DNA of 32,030 nucleotides from Intoshia linei. Lineage: Eukaryota; Animalia; Orthonectida. Of the stretch, positions 13,191 through 24,660 are shown piece after piece. The translations under genes and the position numbers were made by a program. The DNA lies in assembly GCA_001642005.1 (NCBI GenBank), contig LWCA01000329.1, positions 1 through 32,030 on the forward strand, in the 5' to 3' direction. A model generated the notes under the pieces. That model was given only the letters and a program-made list of their open reading frames with translations, was not told where the DNA came from and searched no databases. Each line of letters begins with the position of its first letter. Positions within the stretch are counted from its first letter, which is position 1.

Positions 13191-13463
13191 CTGTTATTGT
13201 TATTATCAACATTATAAACAGAGTTTATTTACAAATTTAAATAAAGAATGCACAAAAATATATAATTGATTTTATATAACTAAGGAGTTTAACCTGTGTA
13301 ATATAACGTTATTCTCATTTCTAAATTATCGATAAAAACTTTTTACTTGGTCGCCAACACAAATCTTATAATTTTACAAAATAAGTGTATTTTCAATTTA
13401 AATGTGTACACTTAATTATCTCTACGTACATGCTAATTTAAAATAACCTTAAAATTTTATACG
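13191..13463. promoter_or_regulatory. Putative bidirectional promoter between DCTN1 (-) and YKT6 (+)
   Basis: Head-to-head start codons at 13190 and 13464, 273 bp apart. Inferred from geometry only; no motif identified. Confidence 0.55.
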
Positions 13464-15143
13464 ATGTCTCAAAAACCTGTACTTTTATCAATTTTGATTT
13501 ACTACAAAAACATTAATCCAAATTCAGCCAAATTACTCACAGTTTCTTATAATTTGGGTTATTTTTCTTTTTTTCAACGTGGTAGTTTAAAAGAATTAAT
13601 CAATTTTTTTTCAAGAACTATTGTTCAGAGATCAAAGTGCAATTCATTTCATTATATCGATGAAATTGACAATTCAGATAAAAATTCGGATCTAAACATC
13701 AGTTTCAGTTTAATAATATATGTTATAGTTATATTTTAGATTATGCCTGTCATTTATATATACAAGCAAATGCCCTCGCTGCAGTTTTAATTTCAGATAA
13801 AAATTACAATAAAAGGGTTGGCGCAATGTTATTACAAAAGGTGATTTTTTTTTCTATTAATAAGTTTTAAGGTATGTGAAAACTTTGAAAAAGAATATCC
13901 ACGAAATTCATGGTTAGACAGTAAAGAAAATTCATTTTCTTTCCCTAAATTGAATGATTTTTTAAAAGATTATGAAGTAATGTTTTGAAATATTTTATTT
14001 AAGGTATTTTAGAAACCAGAATCAGCCGATATATTATGCAAAATGCAGTCTGATTTAGATGAAACAAAACAAATACTTGTACATTTTTATTTATCGTTGT
14101 GATTTATTATATAGCATGTTACAATGGAAAAAATGTTGGAAAAAAATGAAAAATTACAAGATTTAGTAGATAAATCATCCGATCTCAGCCTTCAATCCAA
14201 ATATTTGTACAAAAATGTGATTTTTATATTTTTTATAACGATAATTTAAAAATTTCAATGATACTGAGGCTAAGTTCAATATTTTTCATTTTCTCTTACA
14301 GTCACAACTTGTGACTCACAAGTCATTTACAAAATAATTTTTACTAAAAACCAAAAATTACGTTCTTAAAATAACTCAAAATTAACACCATTTTTTATTT
14401 GGTTACCATCATTGCTACAGGGCAAGGATGATGAACTATTTTCGTTTGAAAGATTATATTATCTTATTAAGGTATTTTCATTATAATAAAATTTTATTAA
14501 GTTCATTTGTATGAATTTTATCTCAGGTTTTAAAATATATACTTTTTTCCAACATATCACGAAAAATTGAGAAACACAGGTAAAAAATATTATAGTACCT
14601 AAGGTTTGGAAACTTTTAGGTGAGTTATTAAAGTAAACTTTAGCGAATTAGTTTTTATACGTCTATACTTACAAGTCCATATACACCCGACGAAACTTTA
14701 GAACACCTCAATAAAATTGAAATATAGATATAACTAAATAAAATTTTTTCAAACTTATGTAATTAATGATTGAAATAAATTTTTTAAAAAAAATTTAAAA
14801 TTTTATTAAAGAAAATGGTTTTTATAATTTTGAATGATAATATTTTTTACTAAAAATCCACTTTTACCAACTTTAAAGGGAAAAATTCAATTTTACCAAC
14901 CCTTAAATGAAATTCCAGTTATATCAACAATATTAGGAAGATTAGATTTTTCCCTTAAGGGTTGGTAAAACAAGAATTTATACCTAAATAGTGTATAAAT
15001 TTTGATTTTTACTAAAAATGGTTAGATTTAAGAAGACATCCATTTTTTCTAGAGCGCTTTAACGTTTTTGTTGAGAGAGTATTTATAAAATAATTTGTAT
15101 TTTTTAGTCCAAGAAAATGAATCAATGTTGTTCTTATTTATAA
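13464..15143 (+). CDS. YKT6: Longin R-SNARE Ykt6; join(13464..13701,13740..13840,13872..13976,14013..14078,14115..14216,15108..15143), 215 aa
   Basis: Longin motifs FSFFQRGSLKELINFFSRTIVQRS and YACHLY...LAAVLISDKNY..RV; SNARE region KPESAD..CKMQSDLDETKQILHVTMEKMLEKNEKLQDLVDKS..LSLQSKYLYK; C-terminal SKKMNQCCSYL (CCaaX). All five introns are GT-AG and preserve the frame. Confidence 0.95.
14845..15032. repeat. Short foldback-like copy of the ~30-bp-unit family in YKT6 intron 5
   Basis: ttttaccaacccttaa units (14853-14910) face tcccttaagggttggtaaaa units (14950-15000). It ends in taaaaatggttagatttaag, the reverse complement of the terminus at ~12241. Confidence 0.6.
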
Positions 15144-15202
15144 AATTAAATATAAAATACAACAAATTTATTATACAAGATAAAAATAGTACAACAAAAT
15201 TC

Positions 15203-18200
15203 CTAATTTAACCATTTTTTGCAGCGAGTACTACGACAACCACACGGAATTTTGTGTTTAACTTCTTCAACGTCAAATTGGTAGTCATAAGTCAACTAAA
15301 TAGATAATATACATGTATTTTAATAATAAAGATCAGCAGTTCCTACGATTTTTTCATCGCAGACAGGTAATTACAAAAAATTTCTCGCGACCCACCAAAA
15401 CGAATAATATATATTTAATATTTTAAAAACCTTCTACGGACCGACATTTGGAAACCGCTGATGTAGAAAATAACCTCTTCGTGCATAGCGATAGCTCGTT
15501 TAGAAATAATAATTATTTTTCGATCTTTTTCAATTTGTATTATCTCAGCAGAACAATTAGGTTCACATGAATGATTAATGTATCGACTTGGTCCGCCGCA
15601 CATGGTAGCATCAACAACACTATCGTCATCAACACGAAACATATAAATACCACGGTTCTATAAAATGTATAAACTATACGATTTAGTTTAAAAAAATGTA
15701 CTTGTTTTTCATAAATTTGTTCCCGTTTCTCGGTAACTTCATTTCTAATTACTTCACCCACGTATTCTATAATCATGGTAAATTTTTCGAGGTCTACTGC
15801 AGCATATAACCCTAATCCCTATAAGAATAATTTTATTCTGTAAATAAAATTTTTACTTGAATTTTTGATCTTCTCAGATAAACATTTGAACGCCATCCTA
15901 GTTTCAAATCTCGGTATTTTTTAACTTTTGAACTGGCTAAAAGCAGCATATCGAATGCAAAATCGCCATCATTGAGGTAAAAAGGAGAGTTTAATTGATT
16001 AGATTCTGCTTCCGCTTGTTTGTTATAGGTTCTCGGTGTTGCACGTAAAATGGAACTACGTGAAATAGGTTGACTGCGTCTAAAAACAATATAAAAATTG
16101 GATGGAATACATTTTACCGGAAAAATTGACTGCGTATTCCAGGTTCACATCGAGCGCAACCAGATGGGTTAATAGTGACTATTGATGTCACAGACGGAAA
16201 ATGACCGTAACGAAATTTATAATTATTTAAATTATCTACTCCAGGTAACTAAATTAAATTATAAATGAATTTTATCAACATACAGATTCTATAACACGGT
16301 AAACAGCAGAGTTGGTGAGACCAAACATGGTATGACCAGAGAGGTGTTTACAATTAATTTTCAAAAGTTTAGAGTTTTTTCTGGATTCGTTTATATATTC
16401 AAAAATCTTGAACCAAATATCTGGTGTTTTGGATTTGAAGTTAATAATTTCTAGTTGAGGTTCGTGGACAGATACATGAAAAACGGGTTCATCGTCAACA
16501 ATATCAATCAGATTAATATATTTTGCTTTTTTAAATGGCCGACGAAAACTCCAAAAATATCTTGAAGTGTTAAAACCGACTGGATATATATACTCGTCAT
16601 TGTTAAATTTTTGAGAGAGTATTTGTTCATAGCTTAGAACTCCAATTTTATGGTAAACAACAGAGCCTATCCGAGCAGCCATCTTTGCATTGTTTTGTTG
16701 GAAAACCGATGCAAATTGCACATGCTCATCTCTATTTGCTATTGCTCTTTCAAAAATCCCAATATTAGAAATAGATTTGGTAGTTATATCAGGATTTTCA
16801 TGTTCAGAGCAAAAGAACTCTCCATTGCCATAAAAGCGACCTTTAGAATTTTTAGCACATTTAATATGAAAATTTTTATAGCACTGTAGTTTCGCACAAT
16901 AAATTCCAGCGTAATTTAATGTACACTCGTTACAATACCTATCTACAAGTCTATCAATCTCAACATCAATTTTCATGCTAGGAGAATCTCTTGATTTTGG
17001 TAAATTGTTGTAAATTTTAGGTATGGACTTTTTTGTAATTTGAGACCAAAATGCACAATTTATGTGAACAAATTTATCCGCATTGACGTTGATTAAACGA
17101 CCTTCCGTTCGAAAGTTACCGTCTCCAACTTTCAAGCAAAACAAACATTTTCTACTATCAATAATATCTGAACAGGGTTTAAGGGTATTGAAACTATCAT
17201 TTTGAATATAGTGTGATTTTAAAATTTTAGGTTTAAAGTTTTCACTCAAAAACTGGCGGGTCGTTGTAATTTTGAAATAGTGGGGTTTTGAATATTGTTC
17301 ATCATATTTGTATTCAGAATCAACTGGTATTTCGTGCTTTATAAAATTAAGTTTTTTATCAGAATTTTGAAATTCGTCATTTACAATAAATTCAATTTTC
17401 TTTGAATTGAGAGACATTTCAAAAGCATGATAACATTTTGAAGAACAGAAGCACACATACATGGTATTAGCAACACCAACATTATTATCATTAATATTAC
17501 ACAAATTTTTCATGCAGAGGTCGGATAGGTTTTTTTTAATAGACGCCTCAACCAAAAGAACATCACATTGTCGGCAGAATTGATTTTTTGTAGCACTACA
17601 TTCAAAAATATTTACAACATAAAGTCTCTCGGTATGGGAAATATCATAACAAATATGGTATTTAGCGAAATAATGCATGGGTATAATTAACCCTAAAATG
17701 TCACAAAATGATTTAAGGAAATATGGCGTGTTTTGTGAAGCCAATTGGTTTATATGCAAATGTAGCTGAGTATTGTCAATAAAAGGAGTTGGGCGAGTTT
17801 TTAAAGATGCATACGAAGTAACACTTTTTGCTTTTAATTCTTCGTTATTATAGGGATTCAAATCAGATATGTGGCCCATTTTACTAATCATGGACACAAA
17901 ATTGTTTACATCCACTGCTGCCATTGCAGCCGCATTTTTGTGGCCAGTTTTTTGTGGATCTATCGAATTAACATTTTTAATTGGTTGGTTTTCAATTTTA
18001 ACACAGTTATATCGATCATTATATGTAACAAGGCCAGTCCAAAACCAGCCAAAATTCCCTTGTTGGCTTACTGTGCCTGTTGCGTCATTGTTATAAGTCG
18101 TACGTCTACATTTTGGTTGAATTATGACTTGTTGGATAAAAACTTTTTGATTGTTTAACAATACATTTTTTTTACAATGTAGATCGTTTCGTATGGGAAG

Positions 18201-21200
18201 TGGAGCAGATGATAGACTCCGCCTCAAATGTACATTATCATTATTGTTAACTGGTTGTTTCCTGTTGGCGGACACAGTTTGCTGATAATTTGAGTATTTA
18301 GCATTATAATTATCAAGTTTTGGTATTTTACTGTTGGGTTGTACACCAGAATCTTGAACTGAATATTTTTGTTCGACTGTAGAATTTAAAAGTTGTTTTA
18401 TGGCCTGATTGGATTTTTCGGAAACATCACTACCCTTTTTTTTAATGCTTCTATTTTTATTTGGTACGTTTCTTAATTTTTGGTTAGATTTAGATGGTCC
18501 CTGAATTTTTATAATTTCTGAACGAGAATCTTGTTCTGGATAATGTGTTAACTTTTCTCCAAATTTAAGACTATTCTGAAGGCGAGACGAATTTTTCGTA
18601 ATATTACCAATCATCGAATTTATACTAGACGAATCATCATAGTTTGAATTTATAACCACACTAGAGTTGTCAAAATTTTGTTCTAGACCAAAAGGTTTAA
18701 CAATTTGTTGGTAATTTGCCTGATTTTCTTCATATTTAACACAATTGTAAGGTTGCATGTTTGTACCATTCGATTCGTGCACATAACTCTGATTATATTT
18801 TGGCTGTTGCTGATATACGTAATTAATATTTCCTGAAAACTGTTTAGGTTTGGTCATTTTTGAAGGTTCATGATTACGGCCAAATTTTTCATTTTCCATA
18901 TATTCATTTCCTTCGCATACCTGCATATAATTTTGATTTCCATACGCAACATGTATATTATTCCCGTTTCCATTTGAACTCATATTTACATGTGAATAGC
19001 TAACCGGCATGATATCATTTTCTGTGTAAGGTGTTTTTATTTGAGTATAGTCAAGGCGTTTGTAAATATTTGAATCGGTTGGTGTATTTTCAATATTTTT
19101 ATTTTTATTTTTATCCAAATTTGGTGATTTCGAACTCTAAACCAATTGAAAATAAATTAATTATAAAAACCTTTCTTTTAGTAACTGGTAAAACACTTCT
19201 TAGAGATCCTTTCTTAATGTTGTATTTCATAATTAAGCTTTTATTCTGTTTTCGTAAATGCTCATATTGCTTCATTAAATCATTAATAGAATCTGTCATC
19301 TCTACAACTTGATTTGCATCAGAAATAGAAGGAACTGTGCCACTTTTCTTTAGCTAAAAATTTATTCAAATTACCAATATATTTCATATCATTAAATACA
19401 ATACAATTAACCGAGATGGACAACCTCGCTATCGTAATATTGTCAACTATATGCTACATCATATAATATTGATAACCTTTTGTATGGGACATAACATTAA
19501 AAAATAGACAATATGTATTATAAACATTTAAAAGTTCGAGATATAAAATTTTAGCTGCACCAGTAATATTTACAATCCAGATTGACCAAATTTATCTTCA
19601 ATATACACAACTTATTCTTAATGAAGTAAAGAACGATAAAAAGAGGCATATAAGGTTTAATAGAGATCAGATTTTTCTTGGAATTTAGAAAAAGTTGGCA
19701 AGATAGATAATTTAAAACAATAGATAAAACCTTTATATTGCAATAAAATGTAAATTGTAAAATTTAATACAAAATAACTTACCTTATTTTGAAAAATGGT
19801 TTTAAAACTTTACATTTTAAATTAATGACGAGCGAAAGAATTTGCGAGTTATAAAGTTGGCGAGTTGCGAAGAGAATACTGTATAACTATTATTTTACAA
19901 TTAACAATATAAAAAATGTTATTTTAAATATCGATCAATTAATAAATTAACTATCAGAAAATTTTATTAATGTTAACCCAAATACTCCCAGACCAATTTT
20001 TCCAAATTTTTGGCTTCGATTTTTACAAAAATATGGGAATCTAATACATACTTGCCTATTTTTCACCATATAAAATTTTAGGTAATTACCAATTGTAGTT
20101 ATGGAGATATTTCATGTGACCATATGGGCACATTGGGAAAAAAAAACAAATAAAAGCGTGTATATATAAAACCTTATCTTCAATATATCTAATTATTTCA
20201 TCAAATTTTAGCTAATACATGAATTCATCATATGGTATTTATTAAATTCAGTTATCGCAACTTTAACATAAAAAATTTTTTTTAGTGATTTTTTTTTGCT
20301 TTGAAAAATCATTTTGGTCCACTGTCAGTGACACAGGAGGCTAATCGGTGAAAACCCATAACTAATATACACGAATGTTATATAATATACTAATTAATTT
20401 AATTTATCATATTTAATTAACTTTGTTTCAATTTGATACGTGTTTTTATAATTTTAATGTTGTGTGAACATATGGTCACACTGGGAGTAGTCGGATTAAT
20501 ATTTTGACAAATTTATAATTTATTAACTATTTTTAGAAATTATTTGTAAAAAAAATTAGATTATGTATTTTCTGAAATATAATAGAAAATCGCCTCTAGG
20601 GAGCAATTCGCCACCGTTGAGAACCCCTGATCTACACAAGTGTTTCTCACTTTTTTTATTCTAGACCCCACTTTCATTATTAAAAAATCACAGGCCAACT
20701 TAATAATACTTAAAAATGCCTAACGGTCATTTTGGGGCTGATATAACCATCATAAAATAATTATTATTAATTCAGTGACAATTTTTTACTAAAAACTATA
20801 ATTTTCACATAAATTACAAATCGAAAGCTTTTATTGTCGAAAAACGATCTAATTATAACATTTATGTTATAGAATTAATGATATCACCGAGCCTGACGAT
20901 TATTACAGGTTTTCTTAATATTAGGTATGACACATAGAATCCTTTATTAATATAAAATGTAAAATCTGTGTTATTGTTTACAAAAATGTTAATTAAAAAA
21001 GCCCACTTTTTAATATTGTTTTCGAGTTCATGTTTAAGCAAATTCTCTTTTCAGAAATTGAGTCCTTCAGGATCACAAACCCAAATTAACTTTATTTATT
21101 TTTAATTCATAATTCATTAAAATTTTAAAAACAATAAATTCTTGGATGTGTTTTAACGACATCATTATTGTCATAAATATCAACCTCAGAAACTTACATT

Positions 21201-22741
21201 TTCATTGTCAAACCCCCAAATCACCCATTTTTTTTAATCGAGAGAATTATGATAAATCACAACCTCAAAAACTTAAAATCAATTAAAGATCAATCTTAAA
21301 ATGAAAAAGTCGACCCTCGACAGAGCTAGCTGCTGTTTGTACGAAGTACATAACAATAATAGTCAAGCTAGTATTAAACAAAATTAACACTCAATGAATC
21401 TAAAATTTTCATAATTCCAATGAATTCGTGAAAATTCCTAACCCAACAGTGGGATCTAGCCCCACGGTTAAGAAACACTTTTGACTCTACAACGATTATT
21501 AAACTATCCAAATGAATAAATACTATTTTTTAATTATTTACTTGACTTTTGATATTTTGATTATAGGATTGATTATATTATATAATTAATTAAAATATAC
21601 GTGTCGTTGTTTAGTCATTAAACTCTTCTTAGCTCTCCTTCTAAGTGATAATTCATTTTCCAATTGTCTAATATCATTTATAATTGATAATTCATCAGGT
21701 GTAGCAATATCATCTAAGGAAGGACAAACAGAATTACTGGACATGGCCGGTGTATTTTTTTTCCCAGTCAATTTACTCAAGTTTTGCCTGATTTTGTCTT
21801 TATCGATTTTGTATTTTCCTAAACAACCATTAAACATGTAAAACAAATAGTACCTGCATTGATAGCATTTTTAGAAAATTCATTTCGCTGAACATGATTA
21901 TGATTTTGAGAATTATTTGAATAACTATTATTCCAATCATTATCTAAAAAATATCATTATTATTATTAAAAATAAAAATACTTGAATTATCTATAATTTT
22001 CTCTGGTATACAAGATTCAACGTACTTAGAATTTCCATATAAACCTTTCAAATGATCAGATAAAAGTGCATTAGATGTCACAGGATTCAAAAACATGTCT
22101 GACTACATTTTAAAATAAAAATGAAAGAAATAGTGAAACCTTCATTTTATCTTCTTCAAAATTTATTTTCGCACCCTCTGTAATAAACTGTATGGTCGCA
22201 TCGTTATCATTAGAGCGAGAAATGTTATCAATATTAGAATATTGATGTTGGATTGGCATCCCTCTATCATTAACGTACACTGGTGAATTATTAATATAAT
22301 TCTCCCTTTTTTGAATGTGCATTTTTTCAATAGAGGTTTCCTGAATAAATATTTACTGTAAAAAATATAACTTGATTTTAATCTAGAATTAAAATTGGAA
22401 ATTCACGTACGTCAATATTATTATCAACGTCCTCTTCAAGATAATTGGAAAAGTTTGGTATTTCCATCGTATTTAAAAAATCACTTTCTACTGGACCACC
22501 AGAACTAATTTTAAAATATTAAAATAAATATAATAGTTTGGTAAATACAAAACTGTAGTAAATACCTATTGTCTTGATCTAAAGGTGTCAAATAAATGTC
22601 TTTTGAACTAATCATTGATTCAAGAATTGTATCAATTGGATCATTTCCACTGTTCTGCAATTTTGCTGAATCGGGAGTTTGAGAAGTTTGTATTTTGGCT
22701 GTTTGTTTATTTATACAAAAATTATTATTATCATTCATCAT
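15203..22741 (-). CDS. KMT2C: Histone H3K4 methyltransferase of the KMT2C/D (MLL3/4, Trithorax-related) type; complement(join(15203..15295,15475..15657,15702..15818,15857..16079,16118..16248,16284..19136,19171..19353,21601..21818,21854..21943,21982..22102,22140..22340,22411..22504,22566..22741)), about 1560 aa; 5' exons less certain
   Basis: ePHD (DSRKCLFCLKVGDG...GRLINV..DKFVHINCAFWS), FYRN (YIYPVGF.TSRYFWS), FYRC (LSGHTMFGLT..AV.RVIESLPGV), WIN motif NPSGCARCE, SET (RSKIQGLGLYA...NRGIYMFR..VVDAT.CGGPSRYINHSCEPNC...EELTYDYQF) and post-SET ending KKWLN. The motif RRRAKKSLMTKQRH|LKKSG across the 2.2-kb intron matches KMT2C/D RKSKKALSAKQR. The start at 22741 is the first in-frame ATG and has no usable upstream acceptor nearby. 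Confidence 0.9.
15334..15460. mobile_element. Small hAT-type MITE (127 bp) in the last KMT2C/D intron
   Basis: Imperfect TIR CAGCAGTTCC... / ...GGAAACCGCTG; flanks ATAAAGAT and ATGTAGAA match at 5 of 8 positions (decayed TSD). Removing it leaves an intron of about 44 bp. Confidence 0.65.
19977..20495. mobile_element. piggyBac-like MITE
   Basis: Flanked by TTAA (19973-19976 and 20496-20499); imperfect TIR CCCAAATACTCCCAG / CTGGGAGTAGTCGGA; palindromic internal motif GTGACCATATG(G/T)-CAC at ~20115-20132 and ~20462-20481. Confidence 0.75.
20638..21480. mobile_element. hAT-type MITE hosting a Helitron insertion
   Basis: Perfect 10-bp TIR AAGTGTTTCT / AGAAACACTT with subterminal CTAGAYCCCAC on both ends. 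It directly follows the right end of another hAT-like element (...GTTGAGAACCCCTG at 20616-20629). TSD not clean. Confidence 0.65.
20940..21371 (+). mobile_element. Non-autonomous Helitron
   Basis: Starts A|TCC, ends CTAG|T, with hairpin TGTAC-GAA-GTACA about 20 nt before the 3' end and no TSD. Homologous to the copies at 23041-24622, 23822-24259 and ~26935-27420. Confidence 0.75.
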
Positions 22742-23040
22742 TTGGTATGGTGGTAAATCGAAATTAATCAATACATGAATTTTAAAGATTATTGCTATTT
22801 ATAAATGGTATAATTTAACTTTCATATTTCTCAATATTCAGACTAAAATTTGTTGCTAATGATATTTGTTGATAATTTATTAACTTTATTCTTTGAGAAT
22901 ATTTTGACAATTTTACGGTACGTAGTTACATGTTTAAGTAATTCAATACACATTGGACAATTTGGACTCAATATTTAACAAATTGTTTACTTAGTATTTC
23001 GTTTACAGTTTATTTAAATTGTAATTAATTTTATTAACGA

Positions 23041-24622
23041 CTAGCTTGACTTTTATGTATTTCGTACGAACAGCGTCCTAGCTCTACCTAGGGCGCATAT
23101 TTTTAATTCTACCGATAAAATAAATTAATAATAATAACTGTAAATAATAAAATTTAACTTAAAAATGCAGCAATTCACTATTATCAATTTTTTAAACGAG
23201 TGGTTCCCAAACTTGTTTCACGTGGAACCGTATTACATTATTTTTTACTTTAAAGTGAATTATTCCATTTTAATTGTGTTTTGTTAACATTTCCGTAAAG
23301 AATTTTAAAACAATTGTTATCCCATTTTTGTTAATTTATTACACAAAATGTGTTACATAATCTTCAAAACAAAGTAAAAACCGTACAATCCTAAAAATTG
23401 TCATAAATAATATAAATTCCAGAAAAAATAAAATTATAAAAAACATATTTTGTCATTTTTAATGTTATAAAGTATAACTGATAATATATATTCAGTATCT
23501 GCTTTTGATGAGTAAAAAATATCAATTTTGTATCAATAATTATTATAAATAACGGAATCAGCACTTTTAAATTTTAATGGAACATTTGAAAACTATTGGT
23601 TGATAATACAGTATATATTAAAAATTATTTTTCACTGGAAATGCGTGGATTTCTAGAGTTGAAATTTTGCATTTATATCAACTGGCATAAGATTCTGAAA
23701 ATTCAAGGGCTGTTTTCAATTTTAAAAAAAGGTGATATGTGTTTTTCACTGTGAAAATTACTTATTTTTGAGGCGCCATTTATGATATTGCGTATGAATT
23801 TAAACATAATCCCAGAATTTATCCTAATTTATATAATATACTACGCTATTTTTGTTTGTGTGTGTGTCTGTCTATAGGTGTTACGCTTTATTTAAATAAC
23901 TACCCGTCTTAGCATTTTTTAAAGACGACACATTACAGTAACAGTTTTTTCTGGGACAATAATAAGATAAATTTCAACCTCCCAATTTCACATCAAAGGG
24001 ATAACAATTGTTTTTAAAATTCTTTACGCAAATGTTCACAAACAAAAAATTAAGATGGAATAATTCACTTTAAAGTAAAAAGTAATGTGATATGATGGTT
24101 TCACCTGAACAAAATTTGGGACCACTCTTTTAAATGATTGATAATAGTAAATAGTAGGATTTTTAAGTTAGATTTTCAACATGCATTTATTTTTTTATAA
24201 AAATGTGCCCTTGGCAAAGTTAGGTGCGGTTTGTACGTAATACATAACAGTCAAACTAGTGTTGTATAAAATAAGACTTTCTTAATTTTTACAAAAAAGG
24301 GTAGTTTGTGGTTTTAACCGTGAAGATATAAGATTTTTAAATGGATAATTATTATAATATTGATGAATTTAAAACTTTTTATTAGAATGTGAATTTTTTA
24401 TAATTCTAGGATGGGTTTAATTTAAACACACAGAACAATTGGGGTTTTTAACCTTGAATGACTCAATTTCTGAAATTCAAATTTGCGATAAAACATCACT
24501 TTGAATAAAGTTATATAAATATAGAATTTGTAAAACTCGACTACTACTCATAATCTAGCCAGAACAAAGAAAGAAACAAACAGTTATACCTTTTTAACCA
24601 TTTTACTTTATATAATTAAGGA
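23041..24622 (-). mobile_element. Non-autonomous Helitron (outer copy), interrupted by a second copy in opposite orientation
   Basis: Minus-strand 5' end A|TCCTTAATTATATAAAG followed by a TGTTTGTTTCTT tract; 3' end GTCAAGCTAG|T at 23041. Shares the internal gactcaatttctgaaa motif (~24460) with the 20940 and 27280 copies. Confidence 0.65.
23822..24259 (+). mobile_element. Non-autonomous Helitron (inner copy)
   Basis: A|TCCTAATTTATATAATA...TGTTTGTGTGTGTGTCTGTCT 5' end and GTCAAACTAG|T 3' end. Its 3' ~260 bp are the reverse complement of 23041-23323. The same 5' motif ATCCTAATTTATATA occurs at 3914 in the CLASP intron. Confidence 0.75.
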
Positions 24623-24660
24623 TATTAAAGTGAGGTAAAATTAATGATTAATTAGTAATT

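Noticed and set aside
2563-19312. Antisense and alternative-frame ORFs overlapping CLASP, DCTN1 and KMT2C/D (e.g. 2563-2895, 6079-6303, 8415-8729, 16650-16889, 17869-18158, 19031-19312)
   Set aside because: Shadow ORFs of long coding exons with no independent protein signatures.
22372-22382. Possible 11-nt microexon inside the 70-bp KMT2C/D intron
   Set aside because: Inclusion breaks the reading frame, whereas the single intron 22341-22410 keeps it.
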